This document shows positions 41,721-57,220 of a DNA stretch of 64,000 nt, piece by piece. Source of the stretch: the human T2T-CHM13v2.0 reference genome, Homo sapiens; assembly GCF_009914755.1 (NCBI RefSeq), contig NC_060925.1. One strand, given 5' to 3'. How positions within the stretch are numbered: the stretch's first letter is position 1; every line of letters starts with the position of its first letter. A program made the translations under genes and the position numbers. Under the pieces are notes generated by a model. The model saw only the letters and a program-made list of their open reading frames with translations, searched no databases and had not been told where the DNA came from.

Positions 41721-42959
41721 TACTTTCAAGCAAAACACAAAATAATATGGCAAGTGTACACAAAAACTAAGAAATATAAGACAGATCTGAAAGAATATGG
41801 ATTTTTATTTTGAATACGAGATGATTTGGAAGAGGAAAATATAGACAAGATAGTTGATTCTTAAAATTTAATTCAAATATTAGAATCTTTGAAAGACCTG
41901 AACTGAAGTGATATTAACTAATTTAAAAAATACTATGTGTTGAATATGTTTTCAAATAGTAAGTGGTTCTGGTCTGGTCATTTCATCTTAATCATAAATC
42001 TGACGTCAAAGCTTCTTGAGATAAATTTATAAGATAACAGACCCCTTTCAGCTTTTTGGTGATCTTAATCACCAAAAACAGGCACTCAAATATAAACTGA
42101 GCTTTCATTGTTGAAGAAAAAAGCTTTGTTTTTTTTTTTCTTGGAGAACTGTCACTTATTAATGTAAGTACTGTTATTTATCAATGTTATTTATCCACGT
42201 AACTATTACTGATCAATTTTCCTAAAGCAGGGTATGAAGAAGGAGATCCCAGTCCCAAGTACACAAGGGCAAGTTTCAAAAAATTCTTAAAGTTCACAGG
42301 AGATGGAAAAGTGCACCCCTGTTCCACCATCTCTAAGTTAAGAGCAAAGGCAAGGGAACCTGAGGATTCTGTTTCTCTTTTCTTCTTGTAATGTCCTCAC
42401 CCCCTTCTCTGGAGTTATGACATTGGTTTGCTTGACTTTGTTCTCACTGCGGGTTCCTTGGTTTGGGTGGTTATTGTGTGTGAAGGAGGCTGAACCTGGA
42501 ATGACACTGTGACACAGTTCACTGTGAGGAGAGGGTATCTACTGACTATGAAAACCTTGTTCAGGATGTCCATCATTGGCTTAAGGTGGAGATATGTACT
42601 ATTTTCTATCCATAGGTGTCCAAACAGTGGTCAGTAGTTTCTCTTGAAATTCTGCAATTGATGTTAGTCTGACTTGCATGCTACTGTAGGCTCCAAAAAA
42701 GCCACAGTATCCAGAAGAAGAGGGCCTGCCTGCATCAGCAGGAAAGTGTCTTTCTCCAGAAATAGAAAGTCTATTTCTATTTGCTGCAAATCAAAAGCCA
42801 TTTACTCCTGGCCGTGTCCATCCCTGGTCATCTCCTCTGAAATTATCAATTCAGCTCTAGTAATTATGTTTAATCTAGCTTAGATTTTCTATTGATCAAA
42901 ATCTGGAGGCAAGAAAAATCAGTGAAATTTAGTTTGAATCATTATAATACATATGGCCT

Positions 42960-43150
42960 AATCTTGACCCTGTCTGTGACCTTCCATTTTTAAGACATTC
43001 TTCAAGCCTCAGTCCATCCCCATTGGTTAAATGGAGATAACAGTAGTAAACTCACCGAGATTCTTTGAGGATTAAATAATGAATATGAATCTTTAGCCCT
43101 ATTCTGGGGACTTATTGAGCTACCAATCAAAGGTAAAAATAATTATTATT
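42960..43150 (+). mobile_element. MIR fragment
   Basis: 'aagcctcagt...aaatggagataacagtag...gaggattaaataa'. Confidence 0.65.
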
Positions 43151-43718
43151 TAGAGTTCCAAATATATAATTTTGAAAAATCATGTTTTAGTATGTGAGTA
43201 TTCAGTCGTTAATAATGAGGGAGTTTTTTACTATTTAATGGAAGAAATTTCCAGAAATGTATTTGAAAAGATTGAATAAATATTATAATAATTTAAGAAT
43301 AACCAGATTGGGTTAGGGCAATAAAAGATAATTCAATTAATTCTATAATAATTATAATAAAGGTGACTTTATTCATTAAATATTTAAAGGCCACAGTTTA
43401 TGCTAATCATTATGCTATTAGATTATGACGATGTAGAAAATGTAATATACATTCTCAGTTATTTCAGCATCAGTGATAAAACAATGAACAATAAACTAAT
43501 ATTCTTTGGGACCATGAGAAAATCATTAGAGTTATAAAACAATTTTATATAGTAACATAGAACACTTAATTTGGTCTTGGATAAAATAATGAAAATACTA
43601 ACCAAAAACATGAGTGTGATATCTGAAACCCTAGCACCCGTGATTTTTATTGCTTAGTCAATATTCCTTTATATTTACCATTTATACTGTTCTTCTTTCT
43701 CCTGCATATCTACCCTTA

Positions 43719-44175
<457 letters not shown>

Positions 44176-44417
44176 CTAAGGTAAGGAATTATTTTGTTAT
44201 TAAGTAGTCGATAAGGGAGAAATTTTAGATTTCTGAGAGAGGAAGTAGTATGTGACATACCCCAGTTTTAGAAAGCCAGCCCTGAAGGCATCATAGAGGA
44301 TGAATTCACAGGGAGACAGTATTTGTCCATCTTAAATGGAGACTGTGTTTACAGGCACCACCTGGTTTGTAGAACATTATCAATTTAAGTTTAACAATAG
44401 GATTTTTTTATAATAAT

Positions 44418-44477
44418 GAATTGCCAGAATAAAATGAAAGTGATATAGAATTGCCAGAATAAAATGAAAGTGATATA
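44418..44477. repeat. Perfect 30-bp tandem duplication
   Basis: gaattgccagaataaaatgaaagtgatata x2. Confidence 0.95.
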
Positions 44478-44701
44478 AAACTACATACAGAAAAAACTTA
44501 GACCATTTTGTCTGGCAGGATGCAGTGCACTGCCAAATAAACACTGGCAACCTTTTCCTGGAAGGAGTGAATTGAGGTCACATTCTGTTTACTTACTTTA
44601 GAACACCAAACATTTACTAATAATACACAATGATGCTTGATTTATGTGCCATTCACCATGCTATTTTGCTGAATCATGAGAATAAGTTTAAGAATTAATA
44701 C

Positions 44702-44990
44702 GGCCGGGTGCGGTGGCTCACGCCTGTAATCCCAGCACTTTGGGAGGCCAAGATGGGCGCATCACCTGAGGTCGGGAGTTTGAGACCAGCCTGACTAACA
44801 TGGAGAAACCCCATCTCTAATAAAAATACAAAATTAGCTGGGCATGGTGGCACATGCCTGTAATCCAGCTACTCAAGGGGCTGAGGCAGGAGAATTGCTT
44901 GAACCTGGGAGGCGGAGGTTTCAGTGAGCCGAGATCGCGCCATTGCACTCCGACCTGGGCAACAAGAGCGAAACTCTGTCTCAAAAAAAA
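44702..44990 (+). mobile_element. AluSp-like
   Basis: 'gaggtcgggagtttgagaccagcctgactaacatggagaaacccc', 'ggcaacaagagcgaaactc'; AATTAATA on both flanks. Confidence 0.95.
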
Positions 44991-45699
44991 TTAATAATAT
45001 TTATGTCACTATTTTACATATGAAGTAGTTGGTGAAATTTGGTAGTTATCAAATGTGCTTATTGTCACACAGTCAGACACTGGCGACATGGAAATCTGAA
45101 TCCAGGGAGTCTAATGACAAAATTCACTCATGTTGCATTTTATAAGCCAATGTTATACCTATGTCAACTCCAACAGCACAGTTTATTCTTATGTATCCAT
45201 TACATCATTATCATCATCTCCGTCTTCAAGTATTTTCATCTTCATTGTCATAATAAACAATATCGGCACACGTTTAAAGGGCCTATGTTGTCTAAGGCAA
45301 GGTACTAAGAACTCCCCACAGCAGCCACTGTGTTTTATGGGGACAGAGTGATACAAATTTCCTCGTACTCTCATATTCCTGAATGACTTCTGTCAGACAG
45401 TTTCATTCTAGGCCACTTTCTATTAGGTAGGGCTAAGTCAGAGGTGATTCTAGTTCAAGCATCGTTTAAGGAGAATGTTACATTCTCTTCAGCTTAGCTT
45501 CACTGTTGAAGTACTAGAAAAGAAGTGAAAGTAGCTACTTCTTAATTTTCTAGGTTTCGAAGTGATCGGAGAGGTAGGAAAGGAAGATCAGTGTGAAGGC
45601 AGTATAATAAATTGTAAAAAGAGAAAAGGTGGTGGAGATTAAGGAGAGTCAATACCTGCATACAAATCATGGCCCTACCCTACAAAGGACAATCAACCA

Positions 45700-45796
45700 C
45701 TTGGTTAGCCAGGGATTGTCCAAGTTTTGTCACTGAAAGACTCACATCCTAGGAGACCTGTCAGTCTCAGGCAACCTGGGAAAGTTGGTCACCCTA
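45700..45796. mobile_element. Short hAT-type DNA transposon remnant (MER96/MER81-like)
   Basis: Ends with 'gttggtcacccta', a hAT-MITE-like terminus. Confidence 0.5.
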
Positions 45797-46362
45797 GGAC
45801 ATCTGAAGCCAATGCAATTCCTGTCTGAAAGCATTTTATTCTCTATGTTTGGGAAGACATTATTTTTCACATTTACATTGTTTTCTAAGTTTTGGAAGAA
45901 ATCTTTTTTTTTTTTAAATTCAACTCTGAACATGCCACTCACCATTTTATAGAGTCTGTCACAGATTCTTATATATGTAGGTAGAATATGAACACTAAAG
46001 GAGTAAATGAAACCCTTGTAAGGCTCTATTTTTGAGAGGCGTTTTAAGCAGCTTGGAGCATCCTGATACAATGAGAAGTTTTGCAAGCTAATTCTTAAAC
46101 CATTTAGCTAAGTCTTCATGATAATTAAAGAAAGGACATATTCTAAAACAATTTCTCATACATGTCAAGCATTCCCATAACTTGGTAAAGTATGTTAACC
46201 TAAATTTAGTTGACTGTCTTTTAAACTCCAACTTCTGCATATTTGATATGAAAGGAAAAATTTTGAAAGGCTGGCAGGCAATATAAATACTTGCATCATC
46301 AGTATTTTGATACATTGATAGCATAAAATCCCCTGTTTTGAATTAAAGTACAATCCACGGAT

Positions 46363-46366
<4 letters not shown>

Positions 46367-46411
<45 letters not shown>
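46367..46411. repeat. (TG)20(CG)2 microsatellite
   Basis: Direct reading. Confidence 0.95.
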
Positions 46412-46519
46412 TATGGCTAAAAAGGAATTAAATATGTTACCTGGCTCAAAAATATCCCTACTCAGGCCATGATTTTATGGTAAACTTAAGAATTAGACAG
46501 TCTGCCCACAAATACTCAC

Positions 46520-46910
46520 TGTAGTTTTTTGCAGAGTATTGTCATGTTCAAATGGTGACCTGTATTAAATCACTGTAAAAAACTAAAAGTACAGTAGCTC
46601 TTGCCAGTTTGCTATCAAATGAGCTCTTTCATGCTTGCTTTAGTATTGGTTTATTTATACTTAAGATCAATGAAAAGCATGGTTCCTGACTCAAGGACAA
46701 GGGACCCCAAGGAAGAGCATCTTGAAGTGATTTGCTATTAGTTACATTAAAATGTATCCCAGAGGAACAGTTTTTAAAACCCTGAACTAATTACCAATTA
46801 TGATGTTCAATCACTTGGTCTTTGTGTGTCAACCTTTTTCTGTGAAGACCAAAAGGTATCCCGAGATAATGTCTTCATGGAGTAGGAAACCTGAATAATG
46901 AGACACAGTG
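46520..46910 (-). promoter_or_regulatory. OR13G1: Predicted OR13G1 promoter and non-coding first exon
   Basis: Minus-strand TATAAATA 46659-46652; O/E-like CCCCAAGGAA 46705-46714 and TCCCAGAGGA 46757-46766; homeodomain TAATTA 46788-46793, CAATTA 46795-46800, TAATGA 46896-46901; donor ACA|GTGAGT at 46520/46519. Confidence 0.65.
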
Positions 46911-47009
46911 GAAATGCTGGTGGGAGATTTAAAGAATAAATGGATGGACATTGTTATAAAAGCAATTACATCTGCTTCGGAGATCTTCTCCCAATATAAA
47001 CTTAGACAG

Positions 47010-47403
47010 TGTTAAAAGAAAAATCTTAGACAAGTTAAATTTAACAGAGTTCATTTGAGCAGAGAAAATAAAAAATATTTATGAACCAGATAACATTCAG
47101 GACCAAAAGCAGTGCAGAGAGCTTCATCCTACAAGGCGTTGCAGGCAATATTTATAGCTGGAGAAATGGAAATGACATGCGGAAATAACTTGATTGACTA
47201 GAGTTCTGTGTTTGCTTTATTTGGATGTTTTGGCAGGTTTCGGCCTACAGTTGGCTGAAGGTTAGGCTGCTATGATTCGCTGAGATTTTGCTACTTGTTA
47301 TAATGTATGCTCTGAAGTTAGGTTGCAGGTTGTTTACACATTAAGTTAGGTTACAGTTTACCATGTACACAGGCAGATTTAGGACAAACAGTTCAATTTA
47401 ATA
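47010..47403. mobile_element. ERV1 solo LTR (MER93/MER57-like)
   Basis: 'tgttaaaagaaaaatcttagacaagttaaatttaacagagtt' start; 'gttaggttgcag...gttaggttacagttt' end region. Confidence 0.7.
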
Positions 47404-48249
47404 AGAGGAAGAGTGGTAGGAAATGAATTCCAAGATGAAGGTTAAAGCAAAGTTTGTCATTTAGTCCTCTACTCTGTGCAGGCCTGGAGGATCTTACAAA
47501 TAAAATATGAAATGCAATTTGGTTTTCATTTGTTTAATGTAACACGCAAACCCTTCAGCTAAATTTCTTTCTGAATTGTTTGAAAAACTGTTCTGTACAT
47601 CCTTTTGCTGTTTATGCATACCCAAACACAAATGCAACTCATCTGTGTGATGTACTCATAATGAAATAACATTGTCTCTATCCCTCTTGCTGAATAGCCT
47701 CATAGTTTGAAATGTTCATTAGAATTCAAACACACATTTACATGTTTACCATGTATTTCTTTCTCCTATTTGTTTATCTTAAAGAAAAGTTACATGGGTA
47801 AATATCAGATCACTTTAACAGCTTTTTAAAGCTTCCAGACAGTGATCTAAATGCTTATTTCACATTTATTGTAAGCATAGTATTACTAAATATTAGTTAA
47901 GTATATCAAACTATCAATATGAGAGCAAGTAAGGGGCAGGAATTATATGTAGTTGTCATCACACGGCCAAATAGAAATTAAATCATTTGCCTTTAAAGAG
48001 TGTTTGCTGTTGAGCCAGTTGACATAATTTATCTTGCTTTAGTAATATTCTTTACAGGTAAAATAACCTACTCATTTCCACAATGATAAAACATTGTTGT
48101 TTTATCGCTTTGAACAAGTACATTAAAATAATACAGAACAATTGAAGATGTGATGACTGCACAATGAACCAGAATAACATTGAATTAAATGTATTCGTAA
48201 ATGGGTGGAGAGGAGGTATTTGGTGGAAAAAAAAAAAGCTGAAATACTT

Positions 48250-48450
48250 GAGCCAATTAAGTCCCTTGACTCCAAACCCATCCCTACGCACTCAGATCTT
48301 GGATGCTGGATTGGGTGAACCCTACAACCACATCGCTGTTAGCGTGTTGGCACCTCATGAACTCTGCCAGTAGGGGGCAATAGAGGTAAACTGTAAGACT
48401 AGAGGAGAAAAAACAGGTCCCTTCCCTGTTTGCTTCTCCTGGTCTTTTTG
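48250..48450. mobile_element. LTR41-like ERVL LTR fragment
   Basis: 'ccttgactccaaaccca...ctctgccagtagggggcaatagagg..aaactgtaagactagagg' resembles LTR41. Confidence 0.55.
48365..48383 (+). promoter_or_regulatory. CTCF motif
   Basis: TGCCAGTAGGGGGCAATAG matches the CCASYAGRKGGCR core. Confidence 0.65.
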
Positions 48451-48529
48451 GTGAAGTTCTAGAACTTCTAGTATTTTGACTTTTGATTTTAAATACCCCA
48501 GGATGATTGGAATTTGCCTTATTCTTATT

Positions 48530-50050
48530 TTCAGTCTGTCAAATTAAGTCATGTATCATTAGAAGCAATACTGTTGTATGCGCCAGAGAACTGGTTTTAT
48601 GATCTATTTGTAGTAGAAGGGCTGCCTTGTCATTATCAAAGGTTACTCTTCAGAAAAGTTGCTTGCCTTATTAGCTATGTATTCTAATAGCATAACGACT
48701 ATACCAACTTTGTTTTGTTTAATTTTTCATGGTATATATTTTTCCATCTTCATTTTGGGTGTTTTCTTCGTGTTCATTTGAGAATGTGTTAAGTGTAATA
48801 CAGTTTTGTTTTTTAACAAAATCAGTCAGTCTTTGTGCTTTAATTTCAGCACTTTAGTTGCCTTTAATTTAATTTCAGACACATTTGTGTTTGCTTTATG
48901 AATATATTATTGTTATTTGGCTCATCTATGTTCTTTCTCCCTGTTTTATCTTACTTTATCTTATTTTATTCCACATTTCCATCTATGAGGTGAGTAGTCA
49001 TGCATTTCTACACCGATTTGAGTGTTTATGCATTTTTGACTTATTATGGTCAAGTAGAAATTACTTATTTTACCACTTTCTAGAGACACTGTGCTTTTAG
49101 AACACTAACTACTTTAGTCCCTTCTTTGTATTGTTTTTATAATGGATTATAATTAAACGCATATCTCAAACCCCACCACCCATAACTTTTATTGTTTAAT
49201 CAGTCCGTATTCCTTTGCATGTGCTCTTATATTGCTTTTTTCATTGTTCTTCCACTCTCCTGCCCATTTTTCCCATTTGGGCCATTTTCTTCTGCCTGCA
49301 TAACTCTTCTTTTAATGCAAACCTACAGGTTTGCTGACAAGAAATTCTCTCATTCTTTTATGTATTAAAATTTTTTGTTGGTATTAGTTTTGGAAATTAT
49401 GTTTTCTGGGTATATGATTTTACGTTGACTATTGTTTTATTTAGCACATTAAAGATATATCTAAATTGTCTTATAGCATTCACAGTTTATGTTGAAAAGT
49501 CAACTGTCAGTAGTATTGTTGCTTATTTGAACAAAATGTCTTCTTTTCCTCTTATTGCGGCATTTAAGCTTATCTTTAGTTTTAGCAATTTTAGTGTGAT
49601 GTCTCTAGGATATGATTGAACTTTTATCTTGCTTGAAGCTTGCCAATAATATTTATCTGTGGGTATCATTATTTATGCTGCTTCTGCCCCCCTTTTTAAA
49701 TCTGTGTTCCTCCCAGGGTGAAAATAACATGTATGCTAGAACTTTTCACTATGGTTTTTATCTTACGTGTTGTACCTTCCAATTATGTTTCTTCTCTTTA
49801 AATATTTTTTATTAACTCATATTCAAGCAAGTAATCCGATCGTCTACTGGATCTAACATTCCGTCAATCCCAAACTATTAGCTGTTAACTTCAGGTAGAG
49901 TATTTCATGCTTTTATAATTCTATTGAATATTAATTTTAGACATATGTATTTACTTCTAATATTTCTAGTTTTTTCTATCTGCATCTTTTCATCTCTCAT
50001 CTCTATTTTCATCTCATATTCTCTTCAACATATTAATAATAGCCATATTA
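48530..50050 (-). mobile_element. Ancient L1M 5'/ORF1-region fragment
   Basis: T-rich L1-like antisense text ('ttgaaaagtcaactgtcagt', 'ttttctgggtatatgatttta'). Confidence 0.6.
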
Positions 50051-50399
50051 TTTTATTTGTTTATTGTTGATTCATCAAACTTTTATTAAATAAAATTTAC
50101 TGTATTGTAAAAAGGGAATTTGGGGTAGTTTCTTCAATGGCACAGTTATACAAGGTAGCTGCAGACTGATCTCTAGATCTTTTTTTTCCATTTTTCGAAT
50201 TTTCTTTGCCTATTTCCCAATCTCTTATCCCCTGAACACACACAGACACACACACACACATCCCTACACACTTTGTGTCCCTTTATGGGGACACACTTAC
50301 AATAGTCACTTACTATGCAAGTTTACAAGTTTATGGCTAGGGAGGACACTGAAGAACAAATGCTTTTATATACCTTTAGTGGGCTTTTTTCTACATTTT

Positions 50400-53300
50400 T
50401 CAAGAACACAAGACATTGCTATTAACTATGGTCACCGTGTTCTACAATATATTTCTTTAATTCATTCCTTCTATCCAACTGGAATTTTTCATCCTTTGAC
50501 AAGTATCTCCCCAGCTGCCTCCCCACCACACCACCACTACTATCCTAGCCTCTGGTAATCAACACGTTACTCTCTTTTTCTGTGAATTTGACTTTTTACG
50601 CTCCACATGTAAGTGAAGTCATGAGCTATTTGTCTTTATGTGCTTGGCTTTTCTCACTTAACGTAATGCTCTCCAGGTTTATCCATTCTGTTGCAAATGA
50701 CAGGACCCTTTAATGGCTGAATGGTATTCTCTTGTGTACATATACCATATTTTCTTACCCATTCATCTATGATGGACACTTAGGTTGACTCTGTATCTTG
50801 ACTATTCTGAATAATACTGCAGTGAATACAGAAGTGCAGATATATTTTTGACTTAGTGATTCAATTTCTTTTATGCACACTCAGTAGTATGATAGCAGAA
50901 TCATATAGTAGTTTTATTTTTAACTTTTCGAGGAATCTTCATAATGGCTGTACTAATTTTGTATTTCTAAAAACAGTGTGCAAGAGATCCGTTTTTACCA
51001 TATCTTCACCTTATCTTTCGTATTCTTGATAATAGCCATTCTAACAGATGTGAAGGTGATATCATTGTGGTTTCAATCTTCATTCCCCTTCATGCTTAAT
51101 AATGTTGAACAGTTTTTCATATATCAATTGGCCATATGCATGACTTCTTTTGAGTGATATCTATTCAGATCCTTGGACCATTTTTTAACTGAGTTATTTG
51201 TTTTTTTCTTTTTCACTATAGAATTATTTGAGTTACTTAGATATTTTTGGCTTTAACCTCTTATCAAATGTATGATTTTCAAATAGTTTTTTCCATTTCA
51301 TAGGTTGTCTCTTCACTGCTGATTGTTTCCTCTGCTGTTTACAAGCTTTGTAGCTTGATGCAATCACATTTATTTTTGTTTTTGTTGTTTGCAATTTTAG
51401 GATCAAATCCAAGAAAGTCATTGCCAAGACCAATTTCATGGCACTTTTCTCTTATGTTTTCTTTTTGTACTTTTACTGTTTTAACTTTTACCTTTGCGAG
51501 TATAATCTATTTTGAATTAATTTTTGCTTACAGTGTAAGATAAGGCTCTAACTTGATTCTTTTGCATATGGATATCTAGTTTTCTCAGCAACATTTATTG
51601 AAGAGACCGCCCTTTCCCCATCGTGTGTTGTTGACATATTTGTCAAAAATCAATTGGCTATAAATACATGTATTTATTGCTGGGCTCTCTATTCTGCCCC
51701 ATTGATCTGTTTGTTTTTATGTCAGTAAGTTGTTGTTTGGATGACTATAGCTTTGTAGGAGATATCAGAGTAATACTGACCTTGCAAAATGAGTTTAAAG
51801 TAATTTCTTTCTATTCCAATTTTGTAATTGTTTGAGAATAATTGTTACTAATGTTTTCCTTAAATGTTTGATAGAATTCAGCATTGAAGCCATTTGATCT
51901 TGACATTCTTTTTTTGATGGGAGATTTTTACCACTGATTCAACGTCCTTATTCACTATTGGTGTGCTCAGATTTTTTTTTTTTTTAATAATACCGTTGTG
52001 GTAGGTTTTATGTGTTTAATAATTTGTTCATTTCCTGTAGGTGTTCCAATTAGTTGACTTATAATAGTTAATGACAGTATTTTATGATCCTTCATATTTC
52101 TGTGGCATCAGTTGTGTAAGGTCTTTTTTAATCTTTTATTTTATTGAGTCTTGTCTTTTGTTTCTAAGTTATTTTGTCTATTTTTTCAAAAAAATTATTT
52201 TTTTCATTGCTCTTTTGTAACGTTTTGTCTCTATTTTGCTTATTTCTGCCCTAACCTTTATTGTTTCTTTTCTTTTAATAATTTTCAATGAAGTTTGTTC
52301 TTATTTTTCTGTTTACTTGTGGTGCAATATTAGGTTGTTTACTTAAGATCTTACTTTTTTGATGCAGGTGTTTATTGGCATAAATTGAATTTTGAGAACT
52401 GATTTTCCTACATCCCAAGATTTTGATATGTTGTATTTTTTTATTTGTCTCAAAAATGTTTTTAATTTGCCTTTTAATTTCATCATTTACCGATTGGTTG
52501 TTCAGAAGCATTTTGTTCAGTTTCCATGTATTAGTAAACTTTCCAAAGTTCCTCCTCTTGTTGATTCATAGTTTTATATAATAAAATACACTATAAATTT
52601 TAATCTTGTTAAATCTGTTAAGACTTGTTACGTGGCTTGATGTATGATCTATTCTAGGGAATGTTCCATGTGCAATTGAGAAGCATGTGTATTCTGCAGC
52701 TGTTGGATGGAATGTTCTGTAAACATCTGCTAGGTCCATTTGGTCTAGAGTGCAGTTTAGTTCTGGTAGATTTTACGTATCTAGGAATTTCTTCATTTCT
52801 CCTAGCTTATCCAATTTGTTGGTGTTTTCTTGTTCGTAAGTGTCTCTTATGTCCTCTGTATTTCTCTGGTATCAGTAGTAATGTCTCATTTCTATTTCTA
52901 TGTCTCATTTTTATTTCTATTTTATTTGAGTCTTTCATGAGGCTGTTTGTCAATTTGTTTATCTTTTAAAAACAATAACTCTTAATTTTGTTGCTCTTTT
53001 CCATTTTTTGTCTCTTTTATTTAAATCTGCTCTGAATCTTATTTCTCTCTCTCTTTCTCTCTTTTTTTTCTCTAACTCTAGGCCTAATGTGTTATTTTTT
53101 CCAGTTCTTTGAAGTGTAATTTTATGTCTTTTTTTATTTGGGAGCCTCTTTCTTTTTAGATGTAGGCTTTTTTTTTGCTATAAACTTTTGTCTTATTACT
53201 GCATTTTTAAATCCCATACATTTTGGTATCTTGTATACTCATTTTGTTTGTCTCAAGATATTTTTAATATCCCTTTTATTTTCTATTTGAACTGCTGGTT

Positions 53301-53700
53301 GTTTCAAAACATGGTGTTGAATTTCCATATATTTGTGAATTTTCTGATATTTATTCTCTTCCTGATTTCTAGTTTTATATTGTGTACTCATGAAAAATGC
53401 TTGATAGTATTTCAGTCTTTTAAAATGCTAAGGCTTGTGTTGTCGCTAAACACATGATATGTCCTGTAAAGGGTTTCATGTGTGCTTGAGAATAATGTGT
53501 ATTCTGCTGCTATTGAATACATAATATACATTCTGTATAAGTGTGTTATAATTTAATCTAAATTGTAGTTCATGTCCAATGTTTTCTTATTGATTTTCTT
53601 GGTGGATAATGTATCCATTGTTAAAAGGGAGTAGAGAAGTCCCCTGCTCTTATTATATGGCAGTTTATCTATTTCTTTATATGTACTAATATTTGCAGAT
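50400..53700 (-). mobile_element. L1MA-type element with internal deletions
   Basis: 3'UTR at ~50400-50900; ORF2-like 51233..51439(-) and 52275..52511(-) (MLLNNQSVNDEIKRQIKNIFETN). Confidence 0.85.
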
Positions 53701-53719
53701 CTGATAATATTAATATTTT

Positions 53720-54052
53720 ACCAGAAGGTGGGAAGGGAGGAGAGGTGAAGAGAAGTTGCTTACTGGGTACAAAAATACAGTTAGATAGAATATATTCTAC
53801 TGTTTGTAGCACAGTATGGTGACTGTAGTTAGCAAAAATTAATTGTATATTTCAAAATAGCTAGAAGTGAAGATTTAAATGTTTCCAACAAGGGAAATGA
53901 TCAATCTTTGAGGTGATGGATATTCTAATTACCCTGATTTGATAATCACACATTGTATGCATGTATCACAGTGCCATATGAACCCTATAAATATGTACAG
54001 TTACAGTTATACTTTGATAAAGATACTGCAAAAGTTAAAAAATGAAAAGAAA
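53720..54052 (+). mobile_element. L1MA 3' end
   Basis: 'gggtacaaaaatacagttagatagaa...gaggtgatggatattctaattaccctgattt'. Confidence 0.85.
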
Positions 54053-54629
54053 GATCATATTAAAACAATGAGGAAAAATCTTGATGATATTCATTTATAA
54101 AGAACGGATGTGTTGCACTGTGTAATAGTGTTAAAATACAGTTTAAATGTGCAGTTATAAAAATGTTGTTACTAGTGAGGGAAAAAATAAAATGAAATAA
54201 AACAAAAACTTAAGCTTGGAAATAGACTCTAGCATACATAATGTTTTGGTATTTAATAATTTTTGCATTTAAAATCAGTAAAGAAGTAAATTATCTAGAA
54301 AGAAATTGTGGAGTAATTAATTAGTCCTTTGGGACACAATAACTCAGCTCAAAACCACATTCTCTAAACCAAAATTAATTACAAAACAAATATGATTTCA
54401 AATAGTAAAATAAATAAAACTACAGAAGCTATCAGAATTTTTAAGAATTATCACTTCAATCTAAGGATTTACATTCTTGTCTGAACACAAAAGCAAATAC
54501 AATAAAACATGACTAACAAAAAATTCAAATTTATTATTGAAATTATTGTAAAGAAATACAATATAAAATATAAAAATATTGGAAAAGAATATTTGGGATC
54601 TATATGACAAACTAAATTCAATATTATGT

Positions 54630-55123
54630 TAAGATTACAATTAATTTAGTGGCTTAAAATAACAATGAAACAAATTTATTAACATACATTTATATAGTTT
54701 AGAAGTCCAAGATTGGTTTCACTGGGTTAAATTTAAGCCATCAGCAGAATTATATTTCCTTCTGGAGGCTGTAGTGTAGAATTGATTTTCTTGCCTTTTT
54801 TGGTTTCTAGAGGCCATTCATTTTCCTTGGCTATTATCAGCTTCCTTCATGTGAGAGCTAGGATCGTTGTACTAACTCCTTCCTGCCCTGCCATCTTTCT
54901 CGTTCTCTTACATGTGCCTGCCTCTTCTACTTTTAATGAATGTTGTGATTACATCAAGCCCACCTGAATCATCCAGAATAATCTCCCTATTTTTAGATCA
55001 GCTGATAAGTGAAGTTAATTCCATCTGAAACCTTAATTCTATTTCCCCATGTAACCTGACGTATTTACATGTTCTAGGGATTAGAACTTGGACATCTTTG
55101 AGAGCTCATTATTCTGCTTATTA
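54630..55123 (-). mobile_element. MLT1 (MLT1C/D-like) LTR
   Basis: 'ttagtggcttaaaa...ccttctggaggct...tttctagaggcc...cattattctgctta'. Confidence 0.8.
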
Positions 55124-55291
55124 TAATTGCATGTCTCAAACATCATTGATGAGGCAAGTTTTCATTTTAAAACAAAACTTCAAAAAGTCCATTGCTTTTG
55201 TTATCACAAAAAAATTGTTAACTGACTCACCTGAACATCTTTACATGAAAATATTTATTTTTGAAAAGACTTTAGTGTCTGAAGTCTGGAT

Positions 55292-55374
55292 CAAGTACAA
55301 ACTTCACATTCAACTCACCTGCCCATGTCTGGGCAAGTACAAAACTCACATTCAACTCACATGCCCATGTCTGG
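55292..55374. repeat. Near-perfect 42-bp tandem duplication
   Basis: caagtacaaa..tcacattcaactcac.tgcccatgtctgg x2. Confidence 0.9.
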
Positions 55375-55566
55375 CAAAATTGCTACGGTGAAACTAAAAC
55401 TAAAGTAAAATGTACAAAATAGCAGAATAAACTAAAACAAAAAATAACATAAGCCCTAAATCTGAAGTAGCATATTTCAATAAACCATCAAAAACTGTTA
55501 AACCAATCTCATGCAGTATAATTTTCTATAAACCTTAAGGATATTTGATGACAATACAATTTTTTT

Positions 55567-57220
<1,654 letters not shown>

